Positions 52,909-61,133 of a stretch of DNA of 64,000 nt are shown one piece after another. Both the position numbers and the translations under genes were made by a program. This DNA comes from an uncultured bacterium (GTDB taxonomy: Bacteria; Chloroflexota; UBA5177; JANWHV01): contig CAVSOU010000008.1 of NCBI GenBank assembly GCA_963729625.1, positions 970,106-1,034,105 of the forward strand. The letters run 5' to 3'. The notes below the pieces were generated by a model, which was given only the letters and a program-made list of their open reading frames with translations, had not been told where the DNA came from and made no database searches. The first letter of the stretch is position 1. Every line of letters starts with the position of its first letter.

Positions 52909-53545
52909 ATGGATGTGATCTGGCTGCTCGTCTATTGGCTTGTCCTGCTGACCGCGATCTACGTGGCGTACTCGGCAGTGCGCGAAGCCGAGCAATCGCT
53001 GCTACGTCGGCCGCTCTCGGTCCTGCTGACGCTCGCCGCGGTGGCGGCTGGGACCGGCTTGCTGATCGGCGCATTCAACCTCGTCACGAATAACTACGTG
53101 GCGGGGAACTCGAGCTACCTCAACTACTATTCCAACGGGGCCCTGGCCCGAAGTGATCTCCGTGCTGCTGGCACTGGGGTCGGGATGGCTCATCAGGCGC
53201 GACGTGCTGGTCCGTGTCGGTCAGGGCCTGTGTCCCCGGTGCGGCACGCCGCTGCTCGGCCATAGCGCGTGTCCGAGTTGCGGCTGGGGCTCGCTTCCCT
53301 TGTTCAGTGCGCTGGTCGCGATGGTTCGTCGGACCATCCAGACGCCAGGGGTGTCCTCGGCTCCTGCTCCAACCGTACGTGCGCTGCCACCTGTGACGCC
53401 AACCGCCGGCGCCGTTGCAGCGGCAGGCGGCGCGAGCCCGGCGGCTTCGCCGGCCGCTTTCTGTATCATGTGCGGCAGTCCAGTACCGCCGGGCCAGACG
53501 TTCTGCGGTAGTTGCGGCACACCCGTGCAGAGCGAAGGCTCGTAA
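52909..53545 (+). pseudogene. Membrane protein with zinc ribbons, frameshift near 53147
   Basis: GGAGG RBS; TM helices in ORF 52909..53265 continue as EVISVLLALG...CPRC...CIMC in ORF 53153..53545. Confidence 0.7.
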
Positions 53546-53557
53546 GAGGCGCCTGCC

Positions 53558-55153
53558 ATGCCGGCCTGTGCTCATTGCGGAAGCACCAACCCGCCCGGCG
53601 CGCGGTTCTGCGGACAATGCAGTGGCGCGCTTACCGGCGCGACGGCCGTGGCCCATACGTGTGCAGACTGCGGCGGCAGCATAGCCGACGACGGTCTGAG
53701 CTGTCCACGGTGTGCCCGGCATGTTCAGACCGGCGTGGCCGCTCCCGCCGGGGATGAGGCGCTGCGCAGCGGCACCGTGCTTGCCGGGCGCTATACCGTC
53801 GTCCGCGCGCTGGGTCGTGGCGGTATGGGCACCGTCTATGAGGTCACCGATGGTCGCCTGGGGGGCAAGCGGTGGGCCCTAAAGCTCATGACCAGCGCGG
53901 CGCTCGACGCGGCAAGCCGTGCATCCGCGCTCGAGGCGTTCACCCGTGAGGCGACGCTTCTCGCCGGACTCTCCCACCCGAACCTGCCGTCCGTCGTGGA
54001 TTTCTTCAGCGAGAACAGCCGCCACTGCCTGGTCATGGAGTACGTTGAAGGCCAGACTCTGGAGGCTATCATCCGGCAGGCGCGAGAGCCGCTCGCCGAG
54101 AGCCGTGTCGTGATTTGGGCTGCGCAGGTCTCTGCCGTGCTGAGCTACCTGCACGCCTGGAAGCCGCCCATTATCTTTCGCGATCTCAAGCCGTCAAACG
54201 TCATTCTGCTGGATGGCGAACGCATCAAGCTCATCGATTTTGGCATTGCCCGCCACTTCAAGCAGGGGAAACAGCACGACACGGCGGTCCTGGGTACTCA
54301 TGGCTTTGCGGCGCCGGAAAGCTATGGCCAGGGACAGAGCGACGCGCGGTCGGACGTGTATAGCTTGGGCGCCACGTTGTATTACCTTCTGACCGGTGAT
54401 GACCCCTCGGGCCATCCGTTCGTCTTTGCTCCGCTGCGCAGAGAGAGACCGGCGCTCTCAGCTGGCATCGCCGCGCTCGTCAGCTGTGCCGTTCACATCA
54501 ATCCGACCGAGCGCTTCCAGTCCTCCGACGCTCTGCGCAAGGCTCTCAGCCTGGTCTCGCCGCCTAGCGCAGCAGTCGTCAGCCTGGCCGGTGGGTCGGC
54601 TAGTCCCTCCGAGAGCACGGACGCGCCAGTCGACAGTGCCCCGCCCACGCGAGAACGCAGCAAGACCGGCCAGCCGGGGGGCACCCGGCAAAACGTCGAG
54701 GAGCAGCCGCGCGTGACTCCGCTTCCGCCCCGGGAGGCGCAATCCGTGGTCGAGGCGCGAAGTATGCCGCCTGAGGTGGCGAGATCGGGTTTGCGGTGTC
54801 CGCGCTGTGCTGCGCCTCTACCCCCACGCGCACTCTTTTGCGGTGCCTGTGGCCAGCCGCTGAGTGGCAGCCTGGTTGCGGGGCCAAGCCGGCCGACCGT
54901 CGTCCTGTGCACGCGGTGCCGGCTTCCCCTGGCGGCAGGAGCAAGGTTTTGCGGCAAATGCGGTATGCCGGCGCCCGAGGAGCAAGGACGAGGCGGTCAA
55001 CTGCCCGTTCCGGACGCTGCGACTGGGTGGCCGGTCGATACCGGTGGCCGGGTGCAGTCGGACTCCTCTGCTCGGCCCTGTCCGCGCTGCGGCCGTGCCA
55101 ACCCATCTGGCCGCCGGCACTGTTCAGGCTGCGGGGCAGTTCTCCCCTGCTAG
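53558..55153 (+). CDS. Soluble Hanks-type Ser/Thr kinase flanked by zinc ribbons
   Basis: GRGGMGTVY, WALK, FRDLKPSN, DFG, GFAAPE; two N-terminal and three C-terminal CxxC ribbons; no TM. Confidence 0.92.
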   Translation: MPACAHCGSTNPPGARFCGQCSGALTGATAVAHTCADCGGSIADDGLSCPRCARHVQTGVAAPAGDEALRSGTVLAGRYTVVRALGRGGMGTVYEVTDGRLGGKRWALKLMTSAALDAASRASALEAFTREATLLAGLSHPNLPSVVDFFSENSRHCLVMEYVEGQTLEAIIRQAREPLAESRVVIWAAQVSAVLSYLHAWKPPIIFRDLKPSNVILLDGERIKLIDFGIARHFKQGKQHDTAVLGTHGFAAPESYGQGQSDARSDVYSLGATLYYLLTGDDPSGHPFVFAPLRRERPALSAGIAALVSCAVHINPTERFQSSDALRKALSLVSPPSAAVVSLAGGSASPSESTDAPVDSAPPTRERSKTGQPGGTRQNVEEQPRVTPLPPREAQSVVEARSMPPEVARSGLRCPRCAAPLPPRALFCGACGQPLSGSLVAGPSRPTVVLCTRCRLPLAAGARFCGKCGMPAPEEQGRGGQLPVPDAATGWPVDTGGRVQSDSSARPCPRCGRANPSGRRHCSGCGAVLPC

Positions 55154-55375
55154 ATCAAGCGCGGCAGTCAGTGGCGCCATGTAACGGGAGGCGGCCCGTG
55201 CGCCGCCAACCCGTCAGCAGCGCTGTCGCTCGTGGTCAGGTAGTGGCAATAGGGCATTGTAATCAACCTTTTGGGGCAAAGACAGGGCCGGTTGGCCATT
55301 GCACACGGGGAAGAAATCCTCTATTCGTGTACGTGATACCGCGAATTCTTGTGCGTCCATTGAGAGAGATCGCCA

Positions 55376-56800
55376 TTGCCGGCTAGCTTGCGGGTTGTCA
55401 GGCCTCATGCAGGCGCGCGTCAGGAACCTGCTGGTCCAGGTGCCGTCGACCTTGTGTTGCCGCCCACATTCCGCACTCCCGTCATTCACGCGATGCCCGT
55501 GCCGTTGCCGGCATTGAAGGCATGCACGCTGGGCCGGTTCCAGGTGTGGCGAGGCGGCGAGCCTCTTCCAGCCAGCCTTTGGCATGAGACCCAGGTCGTC
55601 GCTCTGTTCAAGTATCTGCTCTGCGAGCCAGGGTTCCGGGCAAGCAGAGATCAGTTGATCGACGTATTCTGGCCGCAGGCCTCGCTTGCGCAGGCAAGGA
55701 ATCGCCTAGCCTACACGCTCTCCCGCTTGCGCACTCTGCTCCACGGCGGTAGCTCGCATGGACAGTTCTACGTCGTCGGGACCGACTGGCTGCAGCTCAC
55801 GACGGATGGCGATACCAGGAACATCCTCGGTGATTGGGTGGACTGGGTGGCCTTCGAGCATGCAGCGCGTGGCGCGCTGCAGACGCGTGACGCCGAGCAG
55901 TGCCGAGCCGCTCTCGATCTGTATGGTGGCTTGCTGCTGCCTGAGGATGTGTACGCCGACTGGGCTTATGGACGCCGCTCGGAGCTTGAGACCCTCCGGC
56001 TCTCTCTCCTTCTGCACCTTGCAGATATCAGTTTTGAAGACGCCCCTGCCGAGGCGGAGCGTTGTCTTCGCGACGCGTTGGCTGCGGACCCGGCAGCCGA
56101 CGGCGCGGGGCGTACACTTATGCGGCAGCTAGCCAGCCGGGGCATGGAGAAAGCAGCACTCGACATCTATAGGAATGTGGAGTTGGCCTTGGCGATTGAA
56201 GGGCTGACGCCTTCAGAGGAGACCAGGGCTTTACATCGGCAGATTCTCGGACAGATGACCATTCCCGGCACACAACAGAACACGACCGGCATTCGCATGG
56301 TGATGGCGGTGGAGTACGGCCCGAATCCCGATCTGGCGCATGCGGTATGGGAAGCTGTCGCCGCGCACGGCGGCGCCAGACTGCCCGCGCCGGCCGGCGC
56401 GGGCGTGTTGCTCGCGTCGATGGGTACACCCGCTGAATGTATCGACGCGGCCTGCGACGTTCTTCGTGTCATGTCGGCAGGTGGCAATGGCTTGGTTCCG
56501 CGTCTGGCTCTGCACGCGGCCGATCTGGACCACGATCCCGGTGCTGCCGGCTATGCGGCCGTTCTTTCTCACTGGGGCGCTTCGGGACAGATCTTGCTTT
56601 CACAAACTGCCTGGGCCCTGAGTCGAACCGTGACGCTGGCCGACACGAAGCTTCGCGTGCTCGGCAGCTACGTTATCGACCCGCGCTTGGGACCGGAGAT
56701 CGTCGCTCAGGTCATGCGCGCGGGCTTCCCCCAACGATTTCCGCCATTGCCCGCGAACCCAAGGCCGATGCGTGGCCGACAACGAGGAGACGAAGTCTAG
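55376..56800 (+). CDS. SARP-family regulator: wHTH-BTAD + degenerate cyclase-like domain
   Basis: TLGRFQV, ASRDQLIDVFWP, ALDLYGGLLLPEDVYADWA, PSEETRAL, GQILLSQT; the start may be 55493. Confidence 0.85.
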   Translation: MPASLRVVRPHAGARQEPAGPGAVDLVLPPTFRTPVIHAMPVPLPALKACTLGRFQVWRGGEPLPASLWHETQVVALFKYLLCEPGFRASRDQLIDVFWPQASLAQARNRLAYTLSRLRTLLHGGSSHGQFYVVGTDWLQLTTDGDTRNILGDWVDWVAFEHAARGALQTRDAEQCRAALDLYGGLLLPEDVYADWAYGRRSELETLRLSLLLHLADISFEDAPAEAERCLRDALAADPAADGAGRTLMRQLASRGMEKAALDIYRNVELALAIEGLTPSEETRALHRQILGQMTIPGTQQNTTGIRMVMAVEYGPNPDLAHAVWEAVAAHGGARLPAPAGAGVLLASMGTPAECIDAACDVLRVMSAGGNGLVPRLALHAADLDHDPGAAGYAAVLSHWGASGQILLSQTAWALSRTVTLADTKLRVLGSYVIDPRLGPEIVAQVMRAGFPQRFPPLPANPRPMRGRQRGDEV

Positions 56801-57842
56801 CACTTACCGTGAGGTGCGTGTTGCGTGGGCGGCCACCGAAATGGCGTATCAGCGGATCGGGGCAGTCGAGCCAGCACTTCCGCACGGACGAGGCGTGCAC
56901 GGTCACACTGCTGCGTGAGCGACTCCGACGCCACGGATTCGTGCTCCTTGCGGGCGACGCTAGTGTCTCACCCATCGCGGGCATAACACGCGCCAGCTCT
57001 CTGCCCGGAAGAGTATTGCGCAGCTCTTGCGGACGCAGCGCAAAGCAGGTCGGCATTGTGTGCGAATAGTCTGAACCACAGCCCCCAGCGATGTAAGAAA
57101 TCATCCTTTGGCAGCGCGTTTGATGCAGAAGCCTGCACGATCGGGCGACTGACTTGGGGCCGTCCGAAGCTTCCGCGTGCTGGGCGGTTGGGGATGGCCC
57201 CACTCAAGGAGGCGCACGTAGCACCCAGGTCGCGCTCGAGACGTCATTCGCTGAGGGAATGCGGGATCGCCCGCCGTGACGCGAGGCACAGGGCGACGGT
57301 GCCCGCCTTAGTTCTCCGCGCTCGGGAGAGCCGTGCACAAGTCAGGCACTGGAAAGCGCAGTGCGGTGAAAGCCGCGCGCTGCGTTTGGGGAGGGGCGGA
57401 CAGAAAAGGCCTGGTGAAGCGGGACCTCGCTGGCCGCCTACTCCACTCTCGCGCCACGTGCAATCCTTGATGCGGCTCAACGGAGTAGCTCTTCGAGAGG
57501 CCGATCTGTCACGCAATAACGCATGAACATGCACTCGCCGCCGGCTTGGTCGTGACTGCTGCGGAGAGCATGAGCATGTTGCCTGCCAGCCTTGCCGTAC
57601 AGTGTAAAACGACCAACTCAGCTCTTACGGATGAGCGCCGAGCGGGATCTGCTCGCTGTTTGGCAGCAACGGACTCGACATCGTACTCAAGCCTCTCCCC
57701 CGCCGATTTCCCCGCCATCCAGTTGGTGGTCCTCGTGTTCGTTGTGCTGGTTGCGCTGGTTGTGTGCATGGTCCTCTCCTGAGCTAGTGCCAGTTAGTGC
57801 TGGTTGGTCCTCGTTGTGGGTGCTTGTTGGGGACGATAAGTC

Positions 57843-57886
57843 GCTTCCCAAGCAGAATGTCGCCGGTTCGAGCCCGGTCACCCGCT
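57843..57886 (+). other. 3' fragment of tRNA-Gly(CCC), probable att site
   Basis: gc-ttcccaa-gcaga anticodon arm half, T-arm gccgg-ttcgagc-ccggt, acceptor 3' strand cacccgc-t. No matching 5' acceptor strand (gcgggtg) or D-arm upstream. Confidence 0.85.
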
Positions 57887-57931
57887 CTCTAAACATGTCA
57901 AAATCGCTCTTTTTCGATCTCGCGTGTCGGT

Positions 57932-57953
57932 CGTGCCTGCCACGTGCCTGCCA
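57932..57953. repeat. Tandem 11-bp repeat CGTGCCTGCCA x2, possible integrase arm-type site
   Basis: Perfect direct repeat about 45 bp downstream of the tRNA fragment. Confidence 0.5.
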
Positions 57954-58480
57954 AATGTCGCGGTGATCATGGCGCACGCCCCAGCTGATGATGCTTACGA
58001 GCTGTCCGTGCTAGTTGGCGCACAGGGATTTGGCGTGCGGTACAGAACCGGCGTTCACCTGAACACGCGGCTGCTCCTTCGTCACGCGTCAGTTTCGCCG
58101 CGCCAGTGTGCGTCTGACATTCTGCCAGTTCTGCAGTAACGTCGATCCTGTCCTCGCGATAAGCAGCGGAGTGGACAGCAACGCGAAGGTACTCTTGGGG
58201 ATGCTCGCAGGTGCGCATGGCTGCGGTGCACGATCAGCAAGCTCCGCGAGTTGGGATACGGCTGAAGGTCGGCACCACGATCCGACGGCGGCCGAGCGTC
58301 CGTGTGTGTAAGGTTATGCTCTGCGACGTATGACAATACGCTCGACGTTGGACGCCGGGGCCGGCAATTGCATGTTCGCCGTTGGGCGCTCAGCGGCCTC
58401 TGCTTTGAGACTTGGGCCGTTATCACTCGCGCTGAATGCGCGTCGCGTGCAGCTATTCGACGTGACTCCTGATGGGCACG

Positions 58481-60991
58481 CTAGCGTTTGCGCACGACGA
58501 CGGTCGCGCTCGCACTCACCGCCACGAAGTTCCTCCTGTCATTGGGCGTGAACGTCAGGTGGAGCGTGTGGGTCCCCGCCGCCAGCTTGGTGCCCAAGGG
58601 CGGACTGTAGCGGTAGGTCCCGGCCAAGGCAGAGCCCTTGAAACTGGCCCGGGCATTCAGCTGACCACTGCCAAGCGGCGTGCCCGCCGTGATCACGAAC
58701 TGCTTCGCCCACCGGATGGTCGGCTTGGCTTTGGCGATGGCGAACGTCACCGGCGGCACGGCCACTGCGGCGTAGTTCCTCGTTCCAGGCTGCGTGGCCG
58801 ACACGGTGCACGTGCCCGCTCCCGTGAGCGAGAGCACAGCGCCGCCGCTCCCACCTACCCGGCAGGTGCCGCGCGCCGCGTACCGCGTCGTCGTCCGCGC
58901 CTCGTTCCCGCTCACGCCAAGCTTGAACGAGGCGTCGCCATAGGTCCGCTTGGGAAGATGGGTGAGCACGACGCGCGGGATGGCCTGCAGCACGGTGATG
59001 GTCGTGGACGCGGCCACCTGCACCCAGTCGGCACCGTTGGCCGGGATGAAGATGGCGCGCAAGCTCTGATTTGCACCCGCTTGCAGCAGGCTCCCGGCCG
59101 CCGGCGCGTAGCGGAAGACGCCGGCCACCGGCGACCGCGCGTCCAGCTGGGCCGTGCCCAGCCGCGTGCCGTAGCGGATATTCGCCGGCTTGGCCCACGA
59201 CACCGCCGGCACGCCACGCTCGATCGTGAACGTCTCCGAGACGGGCAGTGCCGCGGCATAGGACGCGTTGCCTTCCTGGTAAGCTCGCACCGTGCAGGTG
59301 CCGGCGCCGGTCAGACTGATCGTGCTGCCATAGATGCCGGTGGCGGTGCAGGTGCCCGACGTCTGGAACGTCACCGGATTGCCCGAGCCGCCACCCGCGG
59401 CGATGAGCGTGAAGGGCGGGTCGCCATACCGGTGCGGCGCAATGAACGGGAGCTGGATCACCTGCTGGACCAGTGGCACGGCAGTCCACGTCGGCACCAC
59501 CGTCGCCGTCGGCGTGGCGGACGGCGTGGGTGTGGCGCTGCTGGTCGCGGTGGCTGTTGCCGTGCCCGTAGCCGTCACCGTGGCCGTGGGCACCAATGGC
59601 ACGGGCGGCGTGAGCACCCACTTGAAGTACGGGTAGCTCTGCCCGTCGTTAATATTCCAGGTCGCCGTCAGGTCCCACCCGGCAGCGACATAGGTGGATC
59701 TGGCCACCATGTCGCTCGTATGGTCGCCGATGCCGATGCTGCCGTAGGCACAGCCGCACAGGCTGAAGTCGAAGAAGCTGGTGACGGGGCCGTCCGCGGC
59801 GGCGTTGGCCTTGCCGCCGATCAGGCCGCCAACCTGGTCGGTGGCATCGGCTCCCGTGACCGCGCCGGCGCTGTAGGTCTCGTTGATGGTGCCAGCTTCG
59901 TTCTCTCCGCCCACCAGTCCGCCGATCGCGCCGTGGGTGCCGCCGGTCACAGTGCCGACGTGATAGGACCTGGTAATCGGGGCGAGCGAGGCAGCGACGA
60001 GACCGCCCACGTCTGCCGAGTCGGCCGTGTCGCTCACCGTGCCCGTGTCGTAGGACTGGCTGATCGAGGCATTGCTCATGCCGATGAGCCCGCCGGCGCC
60101 TCCGCTGTTGCCCTGGCCGGTCACCGCGCCCGTGTTGTACGAGCGGGACACGGTCGTGCCGGGGTCCGCAACGCCGAGCAGCCCGCCAACGAGCCACGAC
60201 GCCACGACCTGCCCCGTGTTGTAGTCCTGGTCCAGGGATCCGCTCTCCAGGTACCCGAGCAGGCCTCCGACCCAGCCGCTGCCCGTGACCGGGCCGCTAT
60301 TGCTCGACTGGCTGACTGCCCCTCCCGCGCTCTGGCCCGCGAGGCCGCCCACGTACGAATCGGTGCCGGTGCCTGTGACAGCGGCCGCATTGTGCGAGCC
60401 GGCGATCGTGCCGCCCTGGTCGTTCAAGCCGATCACGCCGCCCACGCACGATCCCGTCGAGCCGCTCACGCTGCCCGCGACGTCGACCGCGGTGACGGAA
60501 CCCCTGCTTGTGCCGGCCAGGCCGCCGACCTTCATGTTGGCACCGCCGGTCACAGACACGCCGGTCAGGTGGACGTTCTCGACCGTCGCTCCCGTGCCGA
60601 TAGCACCAAAGAGCCCGATCGGGTTGGTGCCCGACTGGGCTATCGTCAAATGTGCAATCGTGTGGCCCTGCCCGTCGAACGTACCGATAAACGGGAGTGC
60701 GGTGGACTGCCCCACGGGGGCGAAGGGCGCGGCAAGGGTCGCGAGGTCGAGGTCGTTCTGCAGGCAGTAGGAGCCCGCCAGCGTCGCGGCACTCTGGCCG
60801 ATGGCCTGGAACTGCTGCGCCGTGCTGACCGGCGTGCAGGCAGCCGCCTCGCGCGCGCCCGGCACCGCCGCCCGAGCAGGCGGGACTGTCGCCAGCACGC
60901 CCAGCACCAGCAGACCGGCCGCGCCGGCGCGGATGAGTCGAAGCGGGGAACGCGAGGCTCGTGGCCCGTGTGGGTTCGCTCGGTTGCCCAT
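58481..60991 (-). CDS. Secreted/surface protein with GLUG-motif repeats, PT linker and Ig-like C-terminal repeats
   Basis: ATG 60991 after GGAGGG; signal peptide; FDGQGHTI..L.I, VGGLxG...SYNTGxVTG repeats. Confidence 0.85.
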   Translation of the reverse strand: MGNRANPHGPRASRSPLRLIRAGAAGLLVLGVLATVPPARAAVPGAREAAACTPVSTAQQFQAIGQSAATLAGSYCLQNDLDLATLAAPFAPVGQSTALPFIGTFDGQGHTIAHLTIAQSGTNPIGLFGAIGTGATVENVHLTGVSVTGGANMKVGGLAGTSRGSVTAVDVAGSVSGSTGSCVGGVIGLNDQGGTIAGSHNAAAVTGTGTDSYVGGLAGQSAGGAVSQSSNSGPVTGSGWVGGLLGYLESGSLDQDYNTGQVVASWLVGGLLGVADPGTTVSRSYNTGAVTGQGNSGGAGGLIGMSNASISQSYDTGTVSDTADSADVGGLVAASLAPITRSYHVGTVTGGTHGAIGGLVGGENEAGTINETYSAGAVTGADATDQVGGLIGGKANAAADGPVTSFFDFSLCGCAYGSIGIGDHTSDMVARSTYVAAGWDLTATWNINDGQSYPYFKWVLTPPVPLVPTATVTATGTATATATSSATPTPSATPTATVVPTWTAVPLVQQVIQLPFIAPHRYGDPPFTLIAAGGGSGNPVTFQTSGTCTATGIYGSTISLTGAGTCTVRAYQEGNASYAAALPVSETFTIERGVPAVSWAKPANIRYGTRLGTAQLDARSPVAGVFRYAPAAGSLLQAGANQSLRAIFIPANGADWVQVAASTTITVLQAIPRVVLTHLPKRTYGDASFKLGVSGNEARTTTRYAARGTCRVGGSGGAVLSLTGAGTCTVSATQPGTRNYAAVAVPPVTFAIAKAKPTIRWAKQFVITAGTPLGSGQLNARASFKGSALAGTYRYSPPLGTKLAAGTHTLHLTFTPNDRRNFVAVSASATVVVRKR

Positions 60992-61133
60992 CTGCCCCTC
61001 CAATATCCGTACTGTCGGCCTTCGGTGCTCCAACTTCTAGGCTCGGCGCGGGCACCTCCCCGCGTCCCGAGCAGGCCAGCCCCGTGCACCCCGTCGCGCT
61101 CGTCCGCCCGCGGCCCGCGTCACATTCAGCTAC

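Noticed and set aside
56800-57730. Possible genes after the second SARP
   Set aside because: Only short ORFs without motifs; no NB-ARC continuation detected.
57810-57890. Complete tRNA-Gly gene
   Set aside because: No 5' acceptor strand or D-arm; only the 3' half is present.
57960-58430. Integrase remnant next to the att-like site
   Set aside because: No tyrosine or serine recombinase motifs in the listed frames.
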